A DNA stretch of 64,000 nucleotides from an uncultured bacterium (GCA_949298795.1 CASFXV010000007.1:940-64939); one strand, 5' to 3'. Positions 10,020-20,788 are shown, counted from the stretch's first letter. Notes: generated from the sequence alone by a model not told the origin. Numbers and translations: made by a program.

Positions 10020-11066
10020 TTAGTAAGAAGATTTCCCATGAGAACCGAAAAACTTACTTCCTTTTTCGTTCAGCTGTTCCAAGAATTTGCCGGTACCTAA
10101 AGCCACACAGCTGAGCGGGTCCGCCGCGCGGTGAACAGGAATATCGGTTTCTTTGCGAATCAGCTCCGTAATGCCTCTTAATAAGCTGCCACCTCCGGCA
10201 ACTACTAAGCCGCGGTCCACCAAGTCCGCCGCCAGTTCCGGCGGGGTTTCTTCCAGCGTGCTCTTAATCACGTCAATAATTAAGCGCACCGGCTCCATTA
10301 ACGCTTGGCGGATTTCTTCAGAAGTAACCGTTAAAGTGCGGGGCAAACCTTGTGTTTGGTCGCGCCCTTTTACTTCCATGGTTTTTTCTTCTTTAAGCGG
10401 ATAGACGGATCCTAAATTGATTTTTACTTCTTCAGCGGTGGTTTCACCCACGATTAAATTGTATTTTTTGCGGAAATACTGCACAATGCATTCCGTCAAT
10501 TCATCACCGGCCACATCAATGGATTTAGCCACTACCATGCCGCCTAAAGAGATGACGGCCACTTCCGTGGTGCCTCCGCCAATGTCTACAATCATGCTGG
10601 CATGCGGTTCCGCAATGGGCAAATCTGCCCCCATGGCGGAAGCCATAGGCTCTTCAATCAAGTATACTTCGCGGGCACCGGCTTGGCGGGCGGCATCGTC
10701 CACCGCGCGGCGTTCCACACCGGTAATGTCAGAAGGAATACCAATTACAATCCGGGGGCGCAACAAGCTGCTGCGGCTATGCACTTTGCGGATAAAGTAA
10801 CGAATCATTTCCTGGGTGACTTCAAAATCCGCAATTACACCGTTCTTCATCGGGCGAACGGCAATAATGTTAGCCGGGGTGCGGCCCAGCATCTGCTTGG
10901 CCTTGGAGCCGACCGCCTTCACCTCGCCGGTTTCCCGGTCTACGGCGACGACGGACGGTTCGCGTAAAACGATGCCTTTGTCCTTCACATAGATAAGGCT
11001 GTTGGCTGTGCCAAGATCCATACCTAAATCAGAAGAGAAAAGGCCCCCCAAGTAATCGATTACCAT
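10020..11066 (-). CDS. mreB: Actin-like MreB
   Basis: [23 protein letters not shown] and GGGSLL motifs. Confidence 0.98.
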   Translation of the reverse strand: MVIDYLGGLFSSDLGMDLGTANSLIYVKDKGIVLREPSVVAVDRETGEVKAVGSKAKQMLGRTPANIIAVRPMKNGVIADFEVTQEMIRYFIRKVHSRSSLLRPRIVIGIPSDITGVERRAVDDAARQAGAREVYLIEEPMASAMGADLPIAEPHASMIVDIGGGTTEVAVISLGGMVVAKSIDVAGDELTECIVQYFRKKYNLIVGETTAEEVKINLGSVYPLKEEKTMEVKGRDQTQGLPRTLTVTSEEIRQALMEPVRLIIDVIKSTLEETPPELAADLVDRGLVVAGGGSLLRGITELIRKETDIPVHRAADPLSCVALGTGKFLEQLNEKGSKFFGSHGKSSY

Positions 11067-11411
11067 TTATTCCACCAATTTAATAATAGCTACTTGCGCA
11101 TTATCGCCCTGGCGTACGCCGGCGCGGTAAATGCGGCAAAAGCCGCCGGGACGGTTCGCATATCTAGCGACCAACACATCAAAGAGTTTCTTGAAAGCAG
11201 CTTTGTCTTTCAAGGTATCTTTAACGGTCAGATGGTCGTTGGCTTTGGCAGAGGTGATTAAGCCTTCCACCACGCGGCGGACTTCCTTCGCTTTGGGCAA
11301 GGTGGTCTTCACTTCTTCGTGAAGGATAATGCTGGTGGCCATATTTTTAAGCATAGCTTTGCGGTGAGAGGCCGTTTTGCCCAGCTTTCTGTATCCTGTA
11401 TTTTTAATCAT
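11067..11411 (-). CDS. rplQ: 50S ribosomal protein L17
   Basis: RKLGKTASHRKAML, TTLPKAKE and GDNA motifs. Confidence 0.97.
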   Translation of the reverse strand: MIKNTGYRKLGKTASHRKAMLKNMATSIILHEEVKTTLPKAKEVRRVVEGLITSAKANDHLTVKDTLKDKAAFKKLFDVLVARYANRPGGFCRIYRAGVRQGDNAQVAIIKLVE

Positions 11412-11429
11412 ACGTTTAAAATCCTATCC

Positions 11430-12428
11430 TTAAATTTTCATGCCGAGCGTTAATTTCATTTCGGCAAGTCTTTCTTTGATTTCATCCATAGATTTGGCGC
11501 CGAAGTTTTTGATCATTTTCAAATCATCTTCGCTCATTTTTACCAAATCGCGGACGGTGTTCACATTCTCAGATTTTAAGCAGTTAATGGAACGGGAAGA
11601 AAGCTCAATAAACTCAATGGATTGGTTGAGCAGTTCGTCCAATTTAGAGTTTACGCTGGCACCCGCTACGCTGCCGGTGGAAGAAACGGGTTCTTCTACG
11701 GCTTCATCGCTGGTGGTGGCCACGCAGTCTTCTTCACCTTCAATCGTGAAAATATGCAAAGAGTTGGAAAGCAACACGGCGGCGCGGTGCAACGCGCGGG
11801 CAGGTTCCAGGGTGCCGTCCGTCGTAATCTCAAGGATTAAGCGGTCATAGTCGGTCTTCTGGCCTACGCGGGCGGGTTCCACGTCGTAATGAACTTTCAC
11901 AATAGGAGAGAACAAGGCATCCACCGGAATAAAACCGGCAGGGCGCTGGATTTTGGCCAAGTCTTCGGCCGGTACATAGCCCTTGCCCCGGGAAATTTCA
12001 ATTTCCATCTCCAGGCTGCCGCCGGCCTCAATATTGGCAATTTGAAGGTCTTTATTGATGATGGACAATCCGTCCACCTCTTCAATATCAGCCGCGGTAA
12101 CCGTACCGGGTTTCTCGGCATGTAAGGTTACGTATTCGCGTTCTTTGCCTTCCATTTTAATGCGCAAACGTTTGAGGTTCAGCAGAATATTGATAACGTC
12201 TTCCCGCACGTTGGGAATGGTGCTGAATTCATGCACCGCACCCGTAATTCTAACGGCGGTAACAGCGGCCCCTTCCATGCCGGAAAGCAAAATCCGGCGC
12301 AGGGAATTCCCTACCGTGTGGCCGTAGCCGCTTTCGTAAGGTTCCGCAATAAATTTGCCGTAAAAGTCAGAAGAGGTTTTTTCTTCTAATTGAATTTTTT
12401 CGGGAAGAACCAATTTATTCAAAGCCAT
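11430..12428 (-). CDS. rpoA: RNA polymerase alpha subunit
   Basis: EPYESGYGHTVGNSLRR, RVGQKTDYD and CTD LSSRSINCLK motifs. Confidence 0.98.
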   Translation of the reverse strand: MALNKLVLPEKIQLEEKTSSDFYGKFIAEPYESGYGHTVGNSLRRILLSGMEGAAVTAVRITGAVHEFSTIPNVREDVINILLNLKRLRIKMEGKEREYVTLHAEKPGTVTAADIEEVDGLSIINKDLQIANIEAGGSLEMEIEISRGKGYVPAEDLAKIQRPAGFIPVDALFSPIVKVHYDVEPARVGQKTDYDRLILEITTDGTLEPARALHRAAVLLSNSLHIFTIEGEEDCVATTSDEAVEEPVSSTGSVAGASVNSKLDELLNQSIEFIELSSRSINCLKSENVNTVRDLVKMSEDDLKMIKNFGAKSMDEIKERLAEMKLTLGMKI

Positions 12429-12442
12429 GTAAAGCCTCCAAA

Positions 12443-13072
12443 CTATTTAGAATAGTATTCGACGATGAGCTGCTCGTTGACAGGATAGGACATTTCCGCT
12501 CTGTCGGGCCATCTTAAAAGTTTTCCGGTCATTTTCTCCGCGTCGTATTCCAAGAAGCTGGGGCGCTGGTTGCGTTTTTCAGTTTCGGTTAAGCCTTGTT
12601 TTACGCCGGTGTTCTCGGCCAATTTGGCGTCCAGGGTTACTTTGTCCCCAATGCGTAATTGGTAAGAAGGTACGTTTACGGCTTTCCCGTTCACTTTTAC
12701 AAAACCATGCAACACCAACTGGCGGGCGGATTTCAAAGAAACCGCAAAACCCAAGCGGCGCACGACGTTGTCCAAGCGGGTTTCCAATTTGCGCAAGAAG
12801 TTTTCACCGGTTTGGCCTTCAGCTTTGGCGGCGGCATCAAACAAATTGCGGAAAGGAATTTCGGACATGCCGGACTGTAATCTGGCTTTCTGCTTTTCCT
12901 GTAAGCGGATACCGTATTCGGACACTTTGGCCTTTCTTACTTTACCGCCGCGTTTCACGGTAGCGGCCAATTTGTCCACTACGCAGTTCGTGTAGCATTT
13001 GGTACCTTTCAAGAAAAGTTTGCAATCTAATTTTCTGCATTTTTTGCAGCTGGCTCCTGTATATCTAGACAT
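12443..13072 (-). CDS. rpsD: 30S ribosomal protein S4 (Cys-containing type)
   Basis: SRYTG, CKKC..C..C, LETRLDNVV and ARQLV motifs. Confidence 0.97.
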   Translation of the reverse strand: MSRYTGASCKKCRKLDCKLFLKGTKCYTNCVVDKLAATVKRGGKVRKAKVSEYGIRLQEKQKARLQSGMSEIPFRNLFDAAAKAEGQTGENFLRKLETRLDNVVRRLGFAVSLKSARQLVLHGFVKVNGKAVNVPSYQLRIGDKVTLDAKLAENTGVKQGLTETEKRNQRPSFLEYDAEKMTGKLLRWPDRAEMSYPVNEQLIVEYYSK

Positions 13073-13077
13073 AAATC

Positions 13078-13506
13078 TTATACTCTCCTGGCTTTAGGCG
13101 GTCTGCATCCGTTGTGCGGAATAGGGGTGACGTCTTTAATAGAAGACACCGTAAGTCCGGCTTGTTGTACGGCTCTGACGGCAGTTTCTCTGCCCTGGCC
13201 GGGGCCGCATACTTTTACGGCCACTTCGCGCATACCCAACGAAACGGCTTTTTCAGCGGCTTTGTTGCAGGTGATCTGCGCGGCAAACGGAGTGCCTTTT
13301 TTGGTGCCCTTAAAACCGTGGGAACCGGCGGTAGACCAGGCGATGGTGTTGCCTTTGTCGTCGCTGATCGTTACAATGGTGTTGTTGAACGAGCAATTAA
13401 TGTGCACCACGCCGAATACCGGCGCTTTGGCGTTTTTCTTTTTTCCTTTCACAGCGGCGGGAGCTTTGGCTTCCGCGGCTTCTTTCGTTACTTTTTCTTC
13501 TGCCAT
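13078..13506 (-). CDS. rpsK: 30S ribosomal protein S11
   Basis: [16 protein letters not shown] and [18 protein letters not shown] motifs. Confidence 0.98.
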   Translation of the reverse strand: MAEEKVTKEAAEAKAPAAVKGKKKNAKAPVFGVVHINCSFNNTIVTISDDKGNTIAWSTAGSHGFKGTKKGTPFAAQITCNKAAEKAVSLGMREVAVKVCGPGQGRETAVRAVQQAGLTVSSIKDVTPIPHNGCRPPKARRV

Positions 13507-13530
13507 AGTTAAATTCCTAAGTCTCTAAAT

Positions 13531-13911
13531 TTATTTAGCTGCAGCCTTGGAACCCACGGTTTTGCGGCGGCCGCGTCTGGTTCTGGCGTTGGTTTTGGTT
13601 CTCTGTCCGCGCACGGGCAGGTTTCTGCGGTGGCGCTGGCCTTTGTAGGAACCGATTTCAATAAAGCGGTGAATGTTTTGGGCTACTTCTCTTCTTAATT
13701 CACCTTCCACTTTATATTCTTTCTGCAAGATGGTGTTCAAGAGACCGGCCTGCTGTTCGGTCAAATCTTTCACGCGGGTGGCGGGGTCAATCTGGCCTTC
13801 CAATTTGGCGAGGACTTCTTTGGCGTTTTTCTTGCCGATGCCATAGATGTATTCTAAGGCTACGTCTATTCTTTTATTTTTCGGTAAATCAATACCTGCG
13901 ACTCTTGCCAT
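13531..13911 (-). CDS. rpsM: 30S ribosomal protein S13
   Basis: [10 protein letters not shown] and [14 protein letters not shown] motifs. Confidence 0.98.
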   Translation of the reverse strand: MARVAGIDLPKNKRIDVALEYIYGIGKKNAKEVLAKLEGQIDPATRVKDLTEQQAGLLNTILQKEYKVEGELRREVAQNIHRFIEIGSYKGQRHRRNLPVRGQRTKTNARTRRGRRKTVGSKAAAK

Positions 13912-13932
13912 ATGTTCTAAAACTCCTGTAAA

Positions 13933-14046
13933 TTAACCTTGGCGCTGTTTGTGTTTTGCTACTTCGCAAACCACCCGAACTACGCCGTTGCGTTTAATGA
14001 TTTTGCATTTTTGACATATCTTTTTCACACTGGCTCTGACTTTCAT
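13933..14046 (-). CDS. rpmJ: 50S ribosomal protein L36 (not in the ORF track)
   Basis: Hand translation [37 protein letters not shown]; zinc-ribbon C+ form. Confidence 0.97.
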   Translation of the reverse strand: MKVRASVKKICQKCKIIKRNGVVRVVCEVAKHKQRQG

Positions 14047-14259
14047 TTATTTCTCCCTATAAGTAATCCGGCCTTTGGTTAAATCATACGGGGAAAGCTC
14101 TAACTTTACTTTGTCCCCGGGCAGGATTCTTATATGATGAACTCTCATTTTGCCGGATATGTGGCCAAGAACCGTTTTGCCCCCGGCTATCTCTATTTTA
14201 AACATAGCGTTGGGCAACGCTTCCAAGACCTTTCCTTCCAGTTCGATTTTATCGCTCAT
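14047..14259 (-). CDS. infA: Translation initiation factor IF-1
   Basis: [14 protein letters not shown] and [12 protein letters not shown] motifs. Confidence 0.97.
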   Translation of the reverse strand: MSDKIELEGKVLEALPNAMFKIEIAGGKTVLGHISGKMRVHHIRILPGDKVKLELSPYDLTKGRITYREK

Positions 14260-14303
14260 ACATCTCCGAGTTCGGATTAAATCAGAATATGCTCCCGTAG
14301 GAG

Positions 14304-15056
14304 TTATTCAAAAGCAGTGAAAATTTCACTGCCGTTAGCCGTCACGGCTACCGTGTGCTCAAAGTGGGCCGCATAACTGCCGTCCCGCGTGACCACCGTC
14401 CAACCGTCACTAAGCTGCCTGACTCTGTACGTTCCCGCTGTAATCATGGGTTCAATGGCAAGCACCATGCCCTCTTCTAAAACAGGGCCGGTGCCCGGCT
14501 TACCAAAATTCGGTATGCTGGGCTCTTCGTGCATATTGCGGCCAATGCCATGCCCGCAATAATCTCTTACTACTCCCATGTTGTGAAGCTCGGCAAAAGT
14601 CTCCACCGCGTGTCCGATATCTCCTAACCGGGCCCCGGGTTTGACAAGCCCAATCGCTTTATGCAAAGACTTTTTGGTAACGTCCATCAGTCTTTGGGCT
14701 TCGTCAGACACTTTTCCCACGCCGAGGGTGATAGCGGCATCAGAACAGAAGCCGTCAAGCCGGGCCCCTGTATCTATACTTATAATATCACCACTCTTTA
14801 ATATTCTATCTTTTTTGGGGATTCCGTGCACGACTTCTTCATTTATTGAAGCGCAAATACTGCCCGGATATCCTGCATAACCCAAGAAACACGGCGTCGC
14901 CCCGAAGGAGCGGATGGTTTCTTCGGCCGCTTTGTCCAAATCGTATGTAGACACGCCCGGCTTAACCAACTGCGTCATTAATTTTAATACCGCAGCCGTT
15001 ACTTTGCCGCTGGCGCGCATCAAATCCAACTCATGCTTGCTTTTAACTTCTATCAT
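14304..15056 (-). CDS. map: Methionine aminopeptidase
   Basis: [21 protein letters not shown] and AHFEHT motifs. Confidence 0.97.
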   Translation of the reverse strand: MIEVKSKHELDLMRASGKVTAAVLKLMTQLVKPGVSTYDLDKAAEETIRSFGATPCFLGYAGYPGSICASINEEVVHGIPKKDRILKSGDIISIDTGARLDGFCSDAAITLGVGKVSDEAQRLMDVTKKSLHKAIGLVKPGARLGDIGHAVETFAELHNMGVVRDYCGHGIGRNMHEEPSIPNFGKPGTGPVLEEGMVLAIEPMITAGTYRVRQLSDGWTVVTRDGSYAAHFEHTVAVTANGSEIFTAFE

Positions 15057-15697
15057 TTTGCGCCTTCTTCCAAAATATTGGAAATTTCCGCAAATACTTG
15101 ATCCGGCGTTTGGTGGCCGTCCACCTCTTTATACACGCCGCTGTTTTTATAATAATCTTTTACAGGAAGTGTTTCCTGATGATATACTTCTATGCGGTGT
15201 TTTACGCGTTCGGCCGTGTCGTCCGCGCGGGTATACAATTCACCGCCGCAGGCTTTGCAGGTTTGCAGCGGGGCGGACGAATCCACATGATAAATTTCCC
15301 CGCATTTTTTGCACTGGCGGCGGGAGGTGATGCGGCTGATGATTTCTTCTTCCGGCAAAGTAATCATAATCACATGCGTCACTTTGCGGTTTAGGCGTTT
15401 CATCATGCTGTCCAGCGCTTCCGCTTGGGCCACCGTGCGGGGGAAACCGTCAAAAATTATGCCTTTATCGGTGGATTTCACAATGTTTTCCAACATGGAA
15501 ATCATCAAAGCGTCCGGCACTAAATTCCCTTTGTTAATAATACCGGCAATTTCTTTGCCCAGCTCACTGCCTTTGGCTATTTCCGCACGGAGCACGTCCC
15601 CCGTGGAAATATGATACAAATGAAATTTGTCCTGCATTTTGGCCGACTGAGTGCCTTTTCCGGCGCCGGGGCAGCCCATTAACACGATGTTCATCAT
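15053..15697 (-). CDS. adk: Adenylate kinase (Zn-lid type)
   Basis: GCPGAGKGTQ, DGFPRT and CKKC...CKAC lid. Start is 15697 or 15694. Confidence 0.97.
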   Translation of the reverse strand: MMNIVLMGCPGAGKGTQSAKMQDKFHLYHISTGDVLRAEIAKGSELGKEIAGIINKGNLVPDALMISMLENIVKSTDKGIIFDGFPRTVAQAEALDSMMKRLNRKVTHVIMITLPEEEIISRITSRRQCKKCGEIYHVDSSAPLQTCKACGGELYTRADDTAERVKHRIEVYHQETLPVKDYYKNSGVYKEVDGHQTPDQVFAEISNILEEGAK

Positions 15698-15834
15698 CCA
15701 AAAAGCCTGTCCTTAAAAATCTGTTTTTGGGGGTTTTAAAACCCAAAATATAAAATATATGTTGCCTGCGTTTAAAGCTCACAGAGGCCGCCGCTTCCGC
15801 CAGGCGGAAACGCGGCAGCCTCTTCATATACAAA

Positions 15835-17175
15835 TTACTGGCCTACGTTAAACCAGCGGCCTTTAATTCTTTTGCTGCCTTTCATCAGCGGTTCATAATT
15901 GCGCGCCAACAGGTGAGCCTGTATCTGCCCCACTGTATCCAACGCAACGCCTACCACGATTAAAAGCGCCGTACCGCCGAAGTAAAAATCTACACCAAAT
16001 TTTGTGCGGAAGAAATCCGGCAAAATGGCAATCGCGCACACGAAAATCGCGCCGCAGAAAGTTAAGCGGTTCATCACCCACTCAATGTAGTTTTTAGTCG
16101 GGTCGCCGGGGCGAATGCCCGGAATAAAGCCGCCCCATTTCTTCATGTTATCCGCCAAGTCCGCGGGGTTAACCGTCATGGAATTGTAAAAATAGCAGAA
16201 GAAAATAATCAAGCCCGAGAACAACAGCATATACCATATATTGCTGGGGTTCATATAGCTCATCAGCGTTTGGGCCCAGGGAGCTTCTTGGTTAAAGCTG
16301 GCTATCGTAAGCGGCAAAGAAATGACGGAAGAAGCAAAGATTACCGCGATCACGCCGCTTTGGTCTATCTTAAGCGGCAGATAGCTGGTTTGCCCGCCAT
16401 ACATTTTATTGCCTACCTGGCGTTTGGCATATTGCACCGGGATTTGGCGTTGGGCCGTTTCCAGCCAAACCACCAAAGCGGTAATAACCGCCACCGCTGC
16501 CAAAATAACTAACGCCATAAAGAAATCCATTTCATCCGTTTTAACGCGGTTGACCACTTCCATAATGGCGCTGGGCAAACGTTCCACAATGCCGGCAAAG
16601 ATGATTAAGGAAATACCGTTCCCAATCCCTTTTTCCGTAATTTGTTCACCCAACCACATGACAAACATGGTACCCGCCGCTAACGTAAGCACCGTGGTAA
16701 TAAAAAACATTACCGACGGATTGACCACCGCGGACATGCCGCCCGCGCCCTCTACCTTGGTAATGGCAAAGGTCATCATGGCGCCCTGTAACAGGGCCAA
16801 AAACAACGCAAAAATACGGGTGATTTGGTTTTCTTTTCTCCGGCCGCTTTCGCCTTCCTTATGCATGCGGTCCAACGCGGGGAAAATATGCGCCCCGCGC
16901 ACGAGCCCCATGATAATGGAAGCGTTAATGTACGGCATAATACCCAAAGCCAGAATGGAAAAACGCCCTAAAGCGCCCCCGGAAAACAGGTTCATAAAAC
17001 CTAAAATTCCGTTTTCATGCTGGGCAAACATTTGGCGGAGCACTTCCGCATTGATGCCGGGTATCGGGATTGCGGACGCAATCCGGAAAACAGCCAACGC
17101 CCCTATCAAGAAGAGAAGTCTCTTCTTGAGTTCGGGGGCGTTGAAGATATTTGCAACCGTATTGTTGGTATCCAT
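15835..17175 (-). CDS. secY: Preprotein translocase SecY
   Basis: LGIMPYINASII, GIGNGISLIIF, FIPGIRPG and GGTALLIVVGV motifs. Confidence 0.98.
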   Translation of the reverse strand: MDTNNTVANIFNAPELKKRLLFLIGALAVFRIASAIPIPGINAEVLRQMFAQHENGILGFMNLFSGGALGRFSILALGIMPYINASIIMGLVRGAHIFPALDRMHKEGESGRRKENQITRIFALFLALLQGAMMTFAITKVEGAGGMSAVVNPSVMFFITTVLTLAAGTMFVMWLGEQITEKGIGNGISLIIFAGIVERLPSAIMEVVNRVKTDEMDFFMALVILAAVAVITALVVWLETAQRQIPVQYAKRQVGNKMYGGQTSYLPLKIDQSGVIAVIFASSVISLPLTIASFNQEAPWAQTLMSYMNPSNIWYMLLFSGLIIFFCYFYNSMTVNPADLADNMKKWGGFIPGIRPGDPTKNYIEWVMNRLTFCGAIFVCAIAILPDFFRTKFGVDFYFGGTALLIVVGVALDTVGQIQAHLLARNYEPLMKGSKRIKGRWFNVGQ

Positions 17176-17636
17176 TATTTGGTCTTCTTGTCAATAACGG
17201 TAACGGTGCCGCCGGCTTTCTCAATCGCCGCTTTGGCGGTGGCGGAAAAACCGTGGGCGGACACTTTCAGCGCTTTGGTCAGTTCGCCCATGGCGAGGAC
17301 TTTTACGCTGGTGGCGTCATGAATAGCGCCGGCTTTTTTCAAAGCTTCGGGGGTTACTTCTTCACCCGCTTTAAAGAGTTTTTCCAACGTGCCTACGTTG
17401 ACATAGTCAAACCGTCTGGCAAAATCTTTGTTGGAAAAACCGCTCTTAGGTGTATGGCGGATTAAAGGCATCTGTCCGCCTTCTTTGCTTTCTTTGCGGG
17501 TATTGCCGGAGCGGGAAGTCTGCCCTTTCATGCCTTTGGTGCAGTAGTTGCCCAAGCCGGAACCCGGGCCGAGGCCCAGTCTTCTTTTGGCTTTTCTGGA
17601 GCCATGTTTAGGGAAAAGTTTATTCAAAGTTACCAT
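17175..17636 (-). CDS. rplO: 50S ribosomal protein L15
   Basis: GPGSGLG, GMKGQTSRSG, EGGQMPL and FSATAKAAIEKAGG motifs. Confidence 0.96.
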   Translation of the reverse strand: MVTLNKLFPKHGSRKAKRRLGLGPGSGLGNYCTKGMKGQTSRSGNTRKESKEGGQMPLIRHTPKSGFSNKDFARRFDYVNVGTLEKLFKAGEEVTPEALKKAGAIHDATSVKVLAMGELTKALKVSAHGFSATAKAAIEKAGGTVTVIDKKTK

Positions 17637-17654
17637 ATCTTTTTCTCCACAAAA

Positions 17655-18254
17655 CTATTCGGCCTTGGCGGCTTCGGCTTGCGCTTCGGCTTTCGGGGCT
17701 TCCGCCTCAACAGCGGCGGCTTTACCGCGCAGCACATCCACGGTCTCTTTGCTCTTGAGCAGTTTCAAAGCTTCCAACGTGGCATATACTAAATTGCACG
17801 GATTGGTGCTGCCCAAGCTTTTGGCCAACACGTCTTTGATGCCGGCGGCTTCAAATACCAGGCGCACACCCGCGCCGGCAATTACGCCGGTACCGGGGGC
17901 GGCGGGTTTCATCCATACGGAAGAAGAACCGAACTTGCCGATTACTTCATGCGGAATGGTTTCACCCACAACCGGGAAAGAAATCATGTGTTTGCGGGCG
18001 TGGGATTCAGCCTTGGCGATAGCCAGCTGAACCTGGTTCGCTTTGCCGATGGCCACGCCGATTTTGCCGGAGCCGTTGCCAACTACTACCAACGCGCGGA
18101 AACCGAAACGTTTACCGCCTTTTACCACTTTGGCCGTGCGGGCCACGTGGATTACAGTGGATTTTCCTTCCATCGCCGGTTTGGCTTTAGGAAACTCGGC
18201 TCTTTTGCCTTTCGCTTCTTTTTTGTTTTCGCTCTTCAGCGTTTCATTAGACAT
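17655..18254 (-). CDS. rpsE: 30S ribosomal protein S5
   Basis: [11 protein letters not shown] and [11 protein letters not shown] motifs; ATG at 18254 with AGGTGA RBS; Ala/Glu tail. Confidence 0.97.
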   Translation of the reverse strand: MSNETLKSENKKEAKGKRAEFPKAKPAMEGKSTVIHVARTAKVVKGGKRFGFRALVVVGNGSGKIGVAIGKANQVQLAIAKAESHARKHMISFPVVGETIPHEVIGKFGSSSVWMKPAAPGTGVIAGAGVRLVFEAAGIKDVLAKSLGSTNPCNLVYATLEALKLLKSKETVDVLRGKAAAVEAEAPKAEAQAEAAKAE

Positions 18255-18272
18255 TAAATTCACCTGTAACTA

Positions 18273-18638
18273 TTAGAATTTTAAGCCTGCTTCTCTGGCG
18301 GAATCAGCAAGCGCTTTAATTCTGCCGTGGTAGACTCTGCCGCCGCGATCAAACATCACTTCGGTAATGCCTTTTTCCAAAGCTTTCTTGGCAATTACGG
18401 CGCCCAAGGCTTTGGCGGCTTCAATGCTTTTGCCAGAAGCTTCATATTTGCCGTTCAATTCGGCAGACAAGGTGGTGGCAGACACTAACGTGCTGTGGGT
18501 CTTGTCGTCAATAATTTGGGCATAAATGTATTTTAAGCTTCTGTAAACGGACAGTCTCGGTCTGTGAGCGCCGGTGGCCAGCAGGTGGCCGCGGCTTCTG
18601 TCTTTTCTGTATTGGTATCTTTCCTGTTTAGTAGCCAT
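18273..18638 (-). CDS. rplR: 50S ribosomal protein L18
   Basis: [26 protein letters not shown] and AREAGLKF motifs. Confidence 0.97.
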   Translation of the reverse strand: MATKQERYQYRKDRSRGHLLATGAHRPRLSVYRSLKYIYAQIIDDKTHSTLVSATTLSAELNGKYEASGKSIEAAKALGAVIAKKALEKGITEVMFDRGGRVYHGRIKALADSAREAGLKF

Positions 18639-18640
18639 AA

Positions 18641-19192
18641 TTATTTGCCTCCCGCCGCAGTCTTACCGGCTTTGCGAACAATGTGTTCGCCCTGGTATTT
18701 AATACCGCTGCCCTTGTAGGGTTCCGGAGGTCTGATTCTTCTAATCTTAGCAGCAAAGTCACCCACTAAAAATTTATCGCTTCCTTTAATGGAAACCGCA
18801 CCGCTTTTGCCGTCTACGGTTACGGTTAAACCTTGCGGAATGTCCATATTCACCGGGTGGGAAAAGCCCAATTCCAGGTTTAATTTGGTGCCCGCCACGG
18901 AAGCACGATACCCCAAACCGTTGATTTCCAACACTTTGGTAAAACCGTTGGTTACGCCTTCAACAATGTTGAAAACGTTCGCGCGGGTGGTGCCGTGAAT
19001 GGCGTTGAGTTCTTTTTCTTTCCCTTCCGGGATAGCAAAAGAAAGGACATTGTCTTTAAAGTTGATGGTCACGTCCGCCGGGCAAGTGTAAGACAAGGTG
19101 CCCAACGCGCCGGTGGCGGTAATGGTTTGACCTTTTACTTCCACTTTGGTTTTGGCGGGAACATTGATTACTTTTTTACCAATTCTGCTCAT
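18641..19192 (-). CDS. rplF: 50S ribosomal protein L6
   Basis: MSRIGKK and [11 protein letters not shown] motifs. Confidence 0.97.
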   Translation of the reverse strand: MSRIGKKVINVPAKTKVEVKGQTITATGALGTLSYTCPADVTINFKDNVLSFAIPEGKEKELNAIHGTTRANVFNIVEGVTNGFTKVLEINGLGYRASVAGTKLNLELGFSHPVNMDIPQGLTVTVDGKSGAVSIKGSDKFLVGDFAAKIRRIRPPEPYKGSGIKYQGEHIVRKAGKTAAGGK

Positions 19193-19201
19193 ATTCCCCC
19201 C

Positions 19202-19594
19202 TTACCAAACCTGGCACAGCAATTCGCCGCCCATCTTTTGGGCTTTGGCTTGGCTGTCGGTCATGATGCCTTTAGACGTAGACAAAATGGTAATGCCAAA
19301 AGCACCGCGGACTTTGGGAATGTTGTTGTACGCGCTGTACACCCGCTGCCCCGGTTTGGAAACTCTTCTGAGCCCCTGGATTACGCATTCGTTTTCAGGC
19401 GTATATTTGAGGAAAACTCTCACTACGCCGCCTTTGGTTTCGTTATGCACGGCTTTGAAATTGGCAATATAGCCTTCTTCTTTCAAAACGCGGGCAATTT
19501 CCGTTTTAATCTTGGAAAAAGGAATATCCACTTTTTCCTTCTTTTTCATGTTGGCGTTTCTTATTCTGGTTAAGAAATCTGCGATTGGATCCAT
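19202..19594 (-). CDS. rpsH: 30S ribosomal protein S8
   Basis: DPIADFLTRIRNA, SKPGQRVY and STSKGIMT motifs. Confidence 0.97.
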   Translation of the reverse strand: MDPIADFLTRIRNANMKKKEKVDIPFSKIKTEIARVLKEEGYIANFKAVHNETKGGVVRVFLKYTPENECVIQGLRRVSKPGQRVYSAYNNIPKVRGAFGITILSTSKGIMTDSQAKAQKMGGELLCQVW

Positions 19595-19668
19595 GTGTAT
19601 AGGCCGCCCTTTCAGAGCACTTTCCGCTTAGCGGAGTTAATCCGATAAGGCGCCTCCTCCTGTAAATT

Positions 19669-19854
19669 TTACCAGCTTGATTTTCTAAGACCCGGGATTA
19701 AACCCTGGTGTGCCATCTTTCTCAGGCAGATACGGCAGAGACCGAAGTCGCGATAATAACCTCTCGCGCGGCCGCAGATCTGGCATCTGTTATGATACCG
19801 CACGGCAAACTTTTGGTCTTTAGCCATTTTTGCAACCCATGCTTTGGTAGCCAT
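19669..19854 (-). CDS. rpsN: 30S ribosomal protein S14 type Z
   Basis: 61 aa with RCQICGR, LCRIC and PGLRKSSW. Confidence 0.97.
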   Translation of the reverse strand: MATKAWVAKMAKDQKFAVRYHNRCQICGRARGYYRDFGLCRICLRKMAHQGLIPGLRKSSW

Positions 19855-19868
19855 AAAGTGTTTGCTCC

Positions 19869-20462
19869 TTATTTAGCAGCCGCTTTGCGGAAAGGCATAC
19901 CCATGTAAGTCATGAGCAGGCGGCCGGCTTCGTCGTTCTTGGCCGTGGTGACGAACGTAATGTTCATACCATGGGCTTTGGGTGATTTTTCCACATCAAT
20001 TTCCGGGAAAATATAGTGTTCTTTAATACCCAGGTTCAAATTGCCTTTGCCGTCAAAGGCTTTGTCGTTAAAGCCCTGAAAGTCGCGGATGCGGGGGCAG
20101 GCAATGCAAATAAAGCGTTCCAAGAATTCATACATTCTGGCGCCGCGCAGCGTAACGCGTACGCCAATGGGCATCCCTTCTCTAAGTTTAAAGTTGGAGA
20201 TGGATTTCTTGGCTCTTCTTACCTGTGCAGCCTGGCCGGCGATAGCGGTCAAGTCTTCACGGGCAACGTCCAACGCTTTAATGTCTTCGCGGGCGTCTTT
20301 TACGCCAACGTTGATGACGATTTTTTCCAGCTTCGGCACGGCCATGGGGCTTTTTTGTCCCATTTCTTTAAGCAAAGCAGGCAGTACTTTTTCTTTGTAC
20401 AGTTTCTGCAGTCTGGGCTGGTAATCTGACGGAACTTTCGTATTCTTCGTTTCTTTTGTCAT
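19869..20462 (-). CDS. rplE: 50S ribosomal protein L5
   Basis: [21 protein letters not shown] and PRIRDFQG motifs. Start placed at MTKETK. Confidence 0.97.
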   Translation of the reverse strand: MTKETKNTKVPSDYQPRLQKLYKEKVLPALLKEMGQKSPMAVPKLEKIVINVGVKDAREDIKALDVAREDLTAIAGQAAQVRRAKKSISNFKLREGMPIGVRVTLRGARMYEFLERFICIACPRIRDFQGFNDKAFDGKGNLNLGIKEHYIFPEIDVEKSPKAHGMNITFVTTAKNDEAGRLLMTYMGMPFRKAAAK

Positions 20463-20478
20463 TTTAACTTTACCTAGA

Positions 20479-20787
20479 TTAAATGATCGGCTCATTGCAT
20501 TTGCGGCATACGCGCGTTTTGGTGCCATCGGCCGCTATTTGAATTTTAGGGGTCATGGCTTTTTTGCATTTGCCGCACACCACCGCCACGTTGGAAGCGT
20601 CTAAAGCCGCTTCCATCTTGGTGATGCCGCCTTGTTTGTTTTGGGAAGGCTTAACGTGTTTAGAAATCATATTAATACCCACCACTACCACTTTGTTCTT
20701 GGACGGGTTGACAGATTTCACTTCACCTTTTTTGCCTTTGTCCTTGCCGGACAAAACCAACACAGTGTCTTTTTTCTTGATAATCAT
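20479..20787 (-). CDS. rplX: 50S ribosomal protein L24
   Basis: KOW motif IKKKDTVLVLSGKDKGKKG. Confidence 0.96.
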   Translation of the reverse strand: MIIKKKDTVLVLSGKDKGKKGEVKSVNPSKNKVVVVGINMISKHVKPSQNKQGGITKMEAALDASNVAVVCGKCKKAMTPKIQIAADGTKTRVCRKCNEPII

Positions 20788-20788
20788 A

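Noticed and set aside
16409-17197. Long + strand ORFs antisense to secY, fusA (29271-30320) and rpoC (32633-33289, 33973-34662)
   Set aside because: Shadow ORFs produced by the codon bias of highly expressed genes; no protein-like features.
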